DNA of 64,000 nucleotides from assembly GCF_964355755.1 (NCBI RefSeq), contig NC_092670.1, positions 30,368,388 to 30,432,387 on the forward strand. Reading direction: 5' to 3'. This stretch comes from Antedon mediterranea. Lineage: Eukaryota > Animalia > Echinodermata. A program made the translations under genes and the position numbers. The notes below the pieces were generated by a model. That model saw nothing but the letters and a program-made list of their open reading frames with translations. It did not search any database and was not told the DNA's origin. Of this stretch, positions 12,801 through 24,800 are shown in pieces (the stretch's first letter is position 1; each line of letters begins with the position of its first letter).

Positions 12801-15800
12801 GGAGCTGGTCGACCGCGTGGACGCTATCGCGCGCGAGACCAGTACGCGTAGACCGGCGCCGAACATTCTTTCATGCGCTTTTCCGGTACCTAGAGCTCAA
12901 TTTGATAGGTACATTGCTGCGCCAGGCGTGCCTGATGCCGCCAAGGACCGGGTTCGGGAGGACCAAGGATTAGAAGCGGGAAAGACTACTTACCTTGCTC
13001 CGACGGCCGCGAAGACAGAAGATACGCTCCTCACGATCGATAGAGCGGCCCGCGAGACACTTCGAGTAACATCCGTCTCCGGCTACTTGCTGTCGTTTTT
13101 GGCCGATCCGGACCACCCGCGGGAGTTCGATACAGAGGTCATTGCGCTGCTGCAACAGATCACGGGGCTAATTGTCGACCAGCAGGCGTTTGTATCTTTA
13201 ACTTCTGCCGCCGCGCGTCGTGTCAACGTACTACAAAGTACTGATATCGCGCCAGCGCATTATCGCAGGTTCACGGCTTCTGAGTCCCTCGGGGCTAAGG
13301 ACTTGTTTTTTGGTAGTTTCGCCCAAAAAGAGGACAAATGGGCGCGCGAGAGGGAGGCCCGTCGGGAAACGCGCGCTCGTTTCCCACAGAAGCGTCGGGC
13401 TAGCCGCGGCCGCTCGGGCCCGTCCAGGCCACCTCCCCCTCTCCCAGCTCCGGTACCGCCGCAGTCGCGACCGCAGCCGTCGAATGTCCCACCGGCGCGG
13501 CCTGACACGCAGGCTTCTACATCTCGCGCGCGCACCCCATACGGCAACAACAGCTACCGATATGGCCGGACTGCACGAGGCAGGGCCGGACGGTCTGACG
13601 CTACCCAAAAGAGTGGTAGGCGTCCGGGTGCGTTTGCGCGCCGCCGGTGACGCGTTCGATGCGCCCGTCCCCCCGAGCGACGGGCAGGTGGGGGGTCGCC
13701 TAAGACGGTTCGCCCGAGTGTGGGAGACCCTGTCGGAGGACAGGTGGGTTCTCTCCACAATCAAGAACGGCTATTCCATCGAATTCACGAGCCCCCCGGT
13801 GAGCGGGGGCGCTCGGTCGACGAGGATTCCTCCAGAGCCACACATGAGACGTGCGCTCCTGGACGGCCTCTCCACCCTGCTCCAAAAAGGAGCAGTGGAG
13901 GAAATCGACGCTCGATGTACCGTCTCCGGGCACGAGTCCACCGTCTTCTTAACAGAAAAAAAGACAGGCGACTGGCGACCCATCCTAAATTTAAGGAGTC
14001 TAAACAAGCGGTTCATTCATCCCCAGAGGTTTCGGATGGAGACAATCTCATCCATCCTACTGGGTTTAAAACATGGAGACTGGGCAGCCTCGATAGACCT
14101 GAAAGATGCTTACTTTCACGTTCCTATCGCAGAGGCAGATCAACGTTGGCTACGTTTCAGAATCCTCGACCGTCTGTACCAATTCGTCGCCCTGCCGTTC
14201 GGCCTATCGACGGCTCCGCGCGTGTTTACACGCATAGTCAGAACGCTGGCGTCGTTCTTCCACAAACATGGCATAAGAGTGTTCATGTACCTCGACGATT
14301 GGTTGGTCGTGGCCCAGTCCAAGGACAGACTGATGAGCAGTCTACAATATGTCCTTCTGGTAACGGAACAGGCAGGTTTCATTGTCAATCGGGAGAAGTC
14401 GTGCCTGGTGCCGACACAATCCCCGTTGTACCTCGGAGCACAGATAAATCTCGTTACGGGCTTGGCATCTCCATCCCAACAACGCATCGCGTCTGCAATG
14501 AGTGCAGTACGCAATCTAATATCTGCTCATGCTCCGACGGCTTACGAATGGCTCAGAGCACTGGGTTGTCTGGCCAGCTTCGTTGCCTTAGTTCCGTATT
14601 GCCGGCTGCGTATGAGACCTTTACAGCTGCATCTGCTGGCTCATTACCGACCGCACTTAGACTCCCTACACAAAGTGGTCCTGTCGAATACATTCATTCA
14701 GACGCATCTCGAATGGTGGCTGGTGGAAGGCAGGTTGACTGTGGGAATGCCAATTCAAAAATCTCTGCCGGACGTCCGTATAGAGACGGACGCTTCCGAG
14801 ACAGGCTGGGGCGGTTGCTCCAAGGCACTTCGCGCCTCCGGCCTTTGGACGGCCGAGGAGGCGCGATCCCACATCAACCTCCTAGAACTCTGGGCAGTCG
14901 AAAGGACCTTGAAGGCCCTTCGACATCACGTGGCCGGTCGTCACGTCCTTATCCATTCCGACAACTCAACAGTGGTAGCATATATAAATCGTCAAGGAGG
15001 CACGAAGTCCCCGACGTTATGCTACCACCTGTGGACACTGATGTTGTGGTGCATAGACAACAACATCATGCTCTCGGCTGCCCACATTGCGGGCAGCCTC
15101 AATGTTGTTGCGGACGCTCTGTCCCGACAAACACTATGTCCTACGGAATGGCGCCTTCTACCCAGCATCGCCGCACTGATATTCGACCACTTCGGGCGGC
15201 CTCACATAGATCTGTTTGCGACGTCAGACAACACGCAGCTCCCGACCTTTTGCACACGGTTCCGGGATGCACGTGCGTGGGCGGTGGATGCCCTGTCCAT
15301 ACATTGGGACGGACTATGGGCGTATGCATTCCCACCAATATCACTGATTCCAAATGTTCTGACGCGCATTCAGCGCCATCCTTGCCGGGTCCTCCTGATC
15401 GCCCCGGGTTGGGCTCGACAAGCGTGGTATCCACTGCTTCTCGACCTGCTCTACGATCATCCCCTGCGTCTTCCAGATCGCGAGGATCTGCTGACGCAGG
15501 GCCGAGCTCAGTTCCCATTGCGGAACTTACAATCCCTGCGCCTGACTGTATGGCCATTGTCAGGGATCAGCTCCGAGACTCAGGCATTCCAGATGGCCCT
15601 GCCGCCCTCGCGGCGAAATCTCGTCGGGAATCTACTCTTACCGTCTACAATAGCCGACTAAAACATTTCTTTACATGGTGCAGGCGACAACAGGTAGAGC
15701 CGGGGTCGATCACCCTCGGACAAGTTTGCGCCTTCCTGCATTACCTGTTCGAGTCAGGTCTTCAGGTCCGCACCATTTCGGGCTATAGATCCGCCATTGG

Positions 15801-18800
15801 CGCGATCACGCCAACACTTAAAGACGGTTCCTCTATATCGGCATCTCCCGTTATCACTCAACTGATACGGGGAATGTTCAGAGAACGACCTCCAGTCAAG
15901 GTCTTGATTCCTCGATGGGATGTTAACGTCGTCCTAACCGCACTTACTCGCCCGCCATTTGAGCCTATGAGTAAGGCTACTCTGTATAATGTCTCGCTGA
16001 AAACGGCGTTCTTGCTCGCTTTAGCATCATGCAAACGCCGAGGCGAGTTGCACGCTCTCTCCTTGGAACCAGGTCATGTTAGGTTTGAGCGGGCCGGCGT
16101 GAGGCTAGTGTTTAGGAAAGATTTCCTTGCCAAGACACAGACGTTAAAATTTTCGCCGCCTGCTGTGTTCGTTCCCACCATCACATCTTTTTCATCGGCA
16201 GACGGAGATAAGCTTTGGTGCCCAGTCAGGGCTCTTAAGTGGTATATCCACCGCACTAAGACGATTAGAGACGGAGTGTCTCACCTCTTCGTCGCTTCTG
16301 TTCCTCCATACCGCGCGGCCGCTAAGGCAACAATAGCGAGATGGGTCGTTGCAACTATTCAAGACGCGTACACTTCTTCAGACACACCGCCACCGGCACA
16401 TATGCACCAAGTGCGCGCGGTTTCCACTTCGTGGGCGTTGTTCTCGGGCGTCCCTGTAGCTGACATCATGGAAGCGGCGTGGTGGCGAACACAGTCGACA
16501 TTCACCTCACACTACCTGTCGGACATCTCCGCTAACGTGGCACCAGTGGCAACGGCGATACTAAAGCCTCGACTATAGGTATGTATAAGTCAATTTTCTA
16601 ACTTGTCACCCGCCGCCGACTAGATTCCTAGTCCGGTGCTACACTGGCTATTGTCGGGTTTATCCAGGTAAGCAGGCACGTAATAGACTACACAAACCAG
16701 AAATGGTGTTGGTAGTCTATAAGTGCTGCTTACCTGGATAAACACCCGCCCGCCGTCCCCTCAGACAAGAGGTCTTGAGAAATGATGACGGTAACACGTG
16801 GGAGTGGTCCCACGAGAGGGCGCTAGAGCGGAATGTACCATTCTTTATGAGGTGAATTCGGGTAGAATTCTTCTTTTCGTATTTGTTTCGCACTTCGTGG
16901 AAAAGGGCTATTGTCGGGTTTATCCAGGTAAGCAGCACTTATAGACTACCAACACCATTTCTGGTTTGTGTATTTTGCGTCATATTTCATGACATTTAAA
17001 AGAGAGCGCATCCATATTCTACGTATCCAAATTTCTTCAACATGTTAATATGTTGTTGTTCAGTTAATTCCCTTCCAAAATTGCTATCTACGTGTTCATT
17101 TTGATGATGTCATCATGTTGAAAATTGGAATTGTGTCCCGTTGATTTCAACTATTATGCACTGTATTTAGTATGTATACAGTATATACTGTATATACTGT
17201 ATATACTTAGGACACAAAATAGAGGGCACACTAACATAAGAAAAGTATGACAGATAAGTTATAAAACTGAGAGGGCCCTGGCTGATCCTTAAATCTTGAT
17301 TTAATAAAACAATATAGATGGTGATTCCAACTTAAATACAGGTAGATGACACCTCAAGTTTACCAAAATGTTGTTCCTGAATTTGTAGAGCGAATGATCC
17401 GTAATGGTTATCAGCGAAAAAACACTTTAGACGATGATTGTTATAAACTGTATTACACCAACATCTACATTCACAATATATGTATTGTAAGACTTGTGAT
17501 ATATCTACATTCATCAAAACCCAGCAACGAAATTATGCTGCACATCTGATTGATACGATAATGATTGGATGACGAAAAAGCTATTCTTCCAAGATGACAA
17601 ATGCTCAAAGCATGGTAGAAATACGAACATGTTATTCAAACAAGTTCTAGATAATGTTGGAATGGTCAGACAAGCCTTCATTAACAACTCGAAGGCCCGC
17701 TTATTTTGAATCGGCATTTATTAATCATATGTCATTTAGAACACTCTATCAGAGTTAGAGATTAAATTTGTATATCATATATAATGTTGTGAAACCTCTA
17801 AGTCCTGTACAAAAATAAAAGGAATTGCAACCATGCCAATAAAAAAAAAACCTAAACCGGATTAAGGGGATACGCCTTCGTCGCTAACCAGGGATCGGTC
17901 TAATTGAACCCCGGTCAGCGCCAGTTGTGCCGCGGTCATCCCGGACTCGGCGCCTCCTGTCCTACTTAAACTAGATCTAAAACAATCTAGGTGGCATGGT
18001 AAGGGAAAAAAAAAATTTTTCAAAGCTTCATAGGAGCTGCATAAGATAATGCACGGTAACCATATGAGATGGTCTTCAATTTAGCAGAAACAAGAAGATT
18101 CTGAGAATTGGAACGAAGATTGCGACAAGAAGATTGTGGAGTGAGAACATTGTCCTGTACCTCGGTGCAAGACCATGAACAGATTTATATGTGAGCAGCA
18201 ATATCTTCTTCACAGGAAGCCAGTGCAGTTCATGCAAATTGCAAGATAGGTGTTATGTGGTCTCTACGCTTACAGTAGTTCGACACACTACTGTAGACAG
18301 GCAGCACTATTGTGTAACATCTGCAACTTCCTAAGCAGGGTCTTGGGCAGTGCGACATGAATACTGTTACAGTAGTCCAGACGTGATTATATATAAAGGC
18401 ATGCACAAAATGTATGCGAAATTGATTAGAAATTTCAATCTACAGTTAGAGGTCAATCTTCTGACAAAGTAATACAATATTATGTTAACACGAATTAGAG
18501 ATACGCTGCGAACAAAATTCGTGGAAAGAAAGAAGAATAAGATTGAAAAAAAAAAAAAGAAAAAAAAAGATCTTGACAATAAGTCAATAAGTGCGGATAA
18601 CCAATTATGCTATTTTTTTATGCCTATCATAATTTTTTTATGCCTACTCTGGCTTTCCTAATTTGTGATCAGAAATTATGTAATGTATTTGAATTTTACT
18701 TTGCAGTACGTAAATCAAGCAAGTTTATTTAAAATATAGTGTAAAATGTTGTATTTAATTTTGTTATCCAATGAATTTTACTGACTGCACACATTACATA

Positions 18801-21800
18801 CTTATAAGCATTTAGCCTACCAGATGTAGGTTTTCTTCCAATCCTTTGTGTAAAAAATGAAACTTCAATTGCAATTCTTGCATACCTGTATTAGCCTATT
18901 TTACATACGTTTAACAATTTTCTTGGCGCGGTTGAAATCATCGGGGTTTGTTTGTGTTTCATTTTACAGGTCTCTGAGAAGGATCTGTACGTATATAAAA
19001 GAGAACAATTTATTAAAAAAACAATAATTTTAACATAGCCCAGCGTATCCATTTTTATATTTATCACTGATTGCATACTGTGGCAGAGACTGTATATATT
19101 TGATCACCTTATTTTTATTTCTATATAGTTCTATGTCCGTTATGTAGGATATCATTAGATGTATAATAATTATTGATGATGCGTATATTTTTATTTCTAA
19201 TTTCTAAACTAATTTTTAGTATTTAAATGATCATATGCGGATTGTTAAAATGTGAGTTACTGAAATAAACTATATCAGAGCTGCGCATTCTATGGCCGTG
19301 CAGCTGTTTCCTCTAACAGTACGTTATTTTGCTGACGGGATACCCCTTTCTTTAAAAAAAACATGCACTTGTTAGTGTGTCAAATCATGGACAAAACACG
19401 ATCATTGTCCATGGCCAGGTAATAACCATACGTTTGAAACGTCTATAGGCTAGGCCTCCTGCACATGCTTTTGTGAAACGATATATATAATTTACGTATA
19501 TACTGTAGGCCTACGTCGATGATACCATAATATAGTTTTTTATTTGAATATCTTTTATTTCTTCATTATAAAAATCATTTAATGTAAATAATTAACCAAG
19601 TTAAAATCAGTGTCTCACATAGACGCCGTTCGTTAATCTCAATGTTTAAATATTGCAGATTACCTCTTGGAATCGTGTCCACCTTTATCATCCATCTATT
19701 ATTATTCTTGCATCTATCAGTACATCATAGGCCTACTGTAGATTGATTTATAACGGCATATTATCTATATATTTTATTATTATTATCCTATAACCATGCT
19801 CACGTCGAGAGTGTGGCGAAATGCAAAAATCATCATGCATCATCTTCCTTTATTGCAAACCTCATTGAGCTGTATCCACTTGTAGGTATAGATCGAGTTT
19901 CGTAATTAATAACTGTGATTAAAAAAAATATGCAATAGGCGCCTCTACTTGTTTAACTATTAAATTACTAACGTTTTCAAAACTTTAAAACAGAGGCATT
20001 CCAATCTTTTCAAAAACTTGAAAGAAAACAAAAAACATTTTTAAAACAACACATTATAAATTCATTGAAAAAATATACCGATTGAGGCTTAACAAATGTC
20101 AATAGTATTATTAGAATGTCTATATTCAAAATTAATTAAAAACATAATGAGCGTTATCATTAAAAACACACTAGAAACGGTGATAATGTACCTATCTAGT
20201 GCGCCCATACAAATTAGCGCTATCAAAATAAAACGCTACCGCTATATGTTAAACCCAACTAATATGATAAAAAGCGTATTTAGCTGCGCTCCATACAAGA
20301 TACCGGATGTTAATTTTATCGCGACCGATTTCAAGCTCGACCGATGAGGCCATTCTACTTTATAAATAAACTTTGTTTGTCCTAGCCTAGGTCTAAACCC
20401 AGTATGCTGTGAGTCATAGGTTGTTATGTATCATAATCAAATAAAATTAAACACTAACAAGAGCAGTGGTATAATAATGGCAGCATATCAACACAAACAA
20501 AGTTAATAAATTATTAATGATACAGTAATTTTCAATTTTATACCAAAATGGCCCAACTAAATAGATTATGATTGTAAAAAGTACTAATTGTTAAATCTGA
20601 AAGAGTTAGTAAGATACTAAAACATTTAAATAGAAATTTGTAAACTATTTTGGTGACCAAACCATTAATAGTACCGTAGTCTTTTTTAGAAGTTTTAGTT
20701 TAATACACATTTATAAGAACCTATTAAACTACTTTTTGTTTATTATACAGTACTGGTACACAACAAAAAATCTATTTATTTCTGTTAAGTTTAAGTATTC
20801 ACTTAGTTAAGTACACTAGGTGAATGTAACTTCATAGTACCAATTGTACACAACAGTGATTACATTGTTGTTGCCCAATTCATTTTATATTGTACAGTTT
20901 CTAACTTATTCTTTATGTTTATTTCTTTGTTTTTGTAGTTTTGTATATTTAGGTGTCAGTGGGTTTCTTGTTGCTGTAGTGTTAATTATCAATGGTATTG
21001 CAGTTACTATATTTGAATTGTTTTGACATGATCCCTAGAAACCATGTGTTGACCTATATTGACTTTTTATTTACCGTAATTGATGTTTTTTTTTGTATAT
21101 TTTGTTGTCCTTTCTTCTGAATGCACTTTCCATTTGGTCGAGTGCCACTGTTGTAAAAGTGTAAACTCCATATAAATAATTATTATTATACCTAAATTGG
21201 AAACCATTGACGTAATAATAGGAACAATAGTAAGCAATGCACAATGACTACAGTATTTTAAGAGTCATCCTTAGAGAGGCATTCAACCGTTACTTGGTAC
21301 GAATAAGTACTGATTCATCACCAACACTATTTTGTCCTTTACATACAGTAGTGTGTACATAACGTAAGAGGCCTGTCTTATAATTATGTATCTTATAATT
21401 ATGTATAGAAATAATGCTGTCTTTACAATACATGTTTGTTAGGCATAATATTGTTTGAAGGTGAGTACAATTTTTAATAAAGATATTTCTTACAATGTTT
21501 GTGATTAATTAATTGTTATTGTTTACATTTTCTAGAGATCAGACCATAGGTATCAAAGAATATAGTTTTCATATGTTGATATGTTAGTCTTTTTTACTAA
21601 AAATCAGAATCTAATGATAATATAATTTATCTTGAATCCTATCACCAGCGTGTTTTGAAATATAATATAAATCATGTCTATAGAAAGAATTGGTCATTTT
21701 TGGTAGTAGTGTAGGCCTACTAAAAATAAAATAACAATTACAATTAGTTTTTGTTTTCATTCATTTTTAAAGGAAGTATATATTACCTTATTATTATAAA

Positions 21801-24800
21801 GAAAGAGTACCAACATTAGGTGTTTAATTCTATATTAAAAATGAAAGTAAGCAAATTAAATTTTACCTTTTCAGATTATTTAAACACAATTTAAGAAAAG
21901 ATGGCTATTTGCATTACGTTTTTCATTACGTTTTTCATTATAATGTTCCTACATATTATACAAATGACAAGTTCTTCCAATGTGTCAGTTACTCCAAATT
22001 ACATTATTACTGATGTTGGAGCTGATTCTGTCAACTTTACCTGCAATGTACAACTGACGATTTATGAAGCAGTGCATGGTCATTGGATAATATGGTGGAA
22101 AGATGACACTATTCGAATTGTAGATAATGACAGGGTACTGAGTGATCCTGCCAAGTACAGTATTTATGGAAATTCATCTCTTAACAACATTGATTATAAT
22201 CAGACTCTACAGGTTAATAACATTGATGAAAGTGACATCGGAACATATACTTGTTATTTGATATTTATGTCAGAAGGTCCTGTAATACCACTTTCATCTA
22301 TCTCAGATTCAGCATTGATAATTAGAAACTCAATTCCTCAACTTACTTGTTCTAACATTACACTAAAAACTGATTCACAATTGGAACAACAGAGATTGGT
22401 TTGTACAAGTTCACCAGGTAATCCCCCGATAACACTCCACTGGATTGATCATACAGGTACTTACTTGACATCAAAGAGTCAGATGGGATTTAATGCAACC
22501 ACATTGGTGTATGATTTGTCTATAGCATCTGTTACAAGTAAACAATGGTTTATATGTAGAGCTACACAAGAAGGATCAACAGATTCAAACGAATGTGTCA
22601 TTGGTAATCGGATTCAATTGACAACTGAAAACATTTTTACTAAACAAGTAATCATAACACCGACTAAGATAACAGACAGGTCAACAGTGGGAGAAACAGT
22701 GACCAGTGAAAACACAACTCTACATACAATGACTTTCTCTGAACAGGAGACAGGTGATATTGAATCAACAATTATAGAGAAAGTGATGACAACATTTAAA
22801 GTTCAAACAGAAGAATTACTACAAAATGAAATTGTTACTTCAACATTTAAAGTTCAAAATACTACTGCAAAGTTAACTAATGATAATAATTATGATAACA
22901 CAAATAAAGTAGTGATCATTGTTCCAACATTAGCTGGAATCTGTGTAATACTTTTTGTAATGGCTATAGCTTTAATAGCAAAGCATTATAAAAAGAGTAA
23001 CAATGAGGAGATATACCTTAAGGATTTTCCAAATAAAAGATGGGTAGCTGAAATTGACAGAGAAAATGAGGCTTTGGAGGAGGATTTGGATAACTTTGAA
23101 AGCCAAGAAAACAACCAGGTTATCACTATTGAGTTTGAAGATGATGAACTAGACACACAGCAGTTAAGTCATACAAACATGGTTTTTGAAACAGATACAA
23201 CAGATGAGCCTAACGCTGTAGTAGTGGGTCAGAATAATATTCAACATAATAAAGCTTTAAGTTGTTTAAATCAGAATACCAGCGGGCATATGAAATCTAA
23301 TTTAGAAACAAATAGGCAAAAAGAAAAGGCAGACGATCTTGATCCATGTTATGCTTCAGTAGATCATGGACAATTCACAGAACATCAAGATCACCAAGTT
23401 TCGAATCGAATGAACGTGCGACATGTAGATATTGTAGATGATCCATTTTATGCAGCTGTGGATCGGAAAAATCTCAATGAAGGAGATACAGAGGCAATTC
23501 ATGAACATAATAATGCTACTGATTATCAAAAGGACAATACTGGTCATTATAGCTCGGAGTACATGTCAATAGGAGATATGGAATTCAGTAGCGAAAGATT
23601 ACCACCATTACCAACAGTTGAACCTAAAAGAGCTGCACAATATAAGGTACAGTATGAGAAAAATAATAATTCTGGATTCTGTATTAGCAGATAAATATAC
23701 AGGTTATTAACATAATGTTTAGTTGTCCTCCTTCTATTTAAATTTTGGCCCTTATTAAGCGTTAGGCTTGAAATAGAGAACAGCAATACAATTCACATAG
23801 TATTAATATCAATACATTAAACTGTGAACGAAACTCTGATCCCAAAAATACAATACATTAAACAAATGGTTATACTTCAAAATAACAAAGCAATTAGAAT
23901 TTAAACTTCAGATTTTTGGATTGAAGTAGGTTTCTTTAATTTTCATTTAACGCTTTTTTTTTTTAGGTGACTAATTACCCAGCACCGAATGGAGATCTAT
24001 ATGCAGAAGTTGACAAATCCACAAAATCAATTTTAAACAGAATAAACACACTTTTACGGAAGGAAGAGGAACAAAGAAATATACAAGCAGATGAAGGTGA
24101 CAAACAACCAAGAATATTTTCTCAATTTATTGATGATAATGATGGAACCTTTTGTAGTGTACCCGAGGAACTGACTAGAAAGAGAACTGTTACAGAGGAG
24201 GAATACAATGCTTCTAATGGTGAAAACATATCAAGAATATCAATAGATTCTACTGGATCTATTCATTATGAAGTTGATGAAGATGCAGTTTATACCAAAG
24301 TAATAAAACCTCAAAAACTATAATAATCAGGCCATCTCTCACTTAAGCAAATTTGGGGAAATGTAATTTATTACTTGTAAGACCCCTATCACAGATAGAA
24401 TCATTTGTAGCCAGAGGCTCCTTCTGCTCTATATATTCCTAGAAGACGCCATGTTCGGTATCCCTAGAGTTAAAAATAATCGTTTCTTTCGTATCATTTG
24501 TAAATTTTTATTTTAAATCAACAGTTGTATATATTATATCTTATAATGTTTTTTGATGGTGATAGTAAATTCAAATGCTTTTGTAGGCCTACATGGTGAC
24601 GATGCCATTGATAATAGTAGTGGTAAGGATAATGGTCATTCAAGTTATTACAAGTAGTTTAACGCACTAAAGCATATTTATATTTAATTAAACGTTGACC
24701 AAACCATTAACCAACTAGAATTTAATTTGTCACTTTTGTTTTAGAAAGATATAACAATATAGTTACTGTATATAGCCTACATAAATCATCCTACAAATGG

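Larger units (their letters stand above)
11482..16972 (+). mobile_element. Full-length DIRS1-type tyrosine-recombinase retrotransposon
   Basis: Inverted terminal repeats (11497-11654 is the reverse complement of 16778-16935), right-end extension, internal complementary region 16646-16743, three intact ORFs (gag-like, RT/RNaseH/MTase, YR), GC-rich against AT-rich flanks. Confidence 0.96.
10890..17200 (+). repeat. Interspersed repeat rich in ATGACGTCA, split by the DIRS insertion (10890-11481 plus 16973-17200)
   Basis: Both halves align contiguously to the reverse complement of the uninterrupted copy at about 28470-29400; outer limits are approximate. Confidence 0.8.

Noticed and set aside
12020-15557. 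Many extra ORFs on both strands within the DIRS element
   Set aside because: Expected in GC-rich sequence; no recognisable motifs
11482-16972. Bacterial or phage contamination (GC-rich, integrase, Dam-like domain)
   Set aside because: ITR/ICR structure and RT identify a DIRS retrotransposon, cleanly inserted in a host repeat
17850-17970. GC-rich patch as an HDV-like ribozyme
   Set aside because: Could not assemble the nested double pseudoknot by eye; left unexplained
10416-23970. In-frame DPY19-receptor fusion by splicing from the 10416 donor
   Set aside because: The phase 1 donor joined to the acceptors at 21875 or 23967 meets a stop within a few codons
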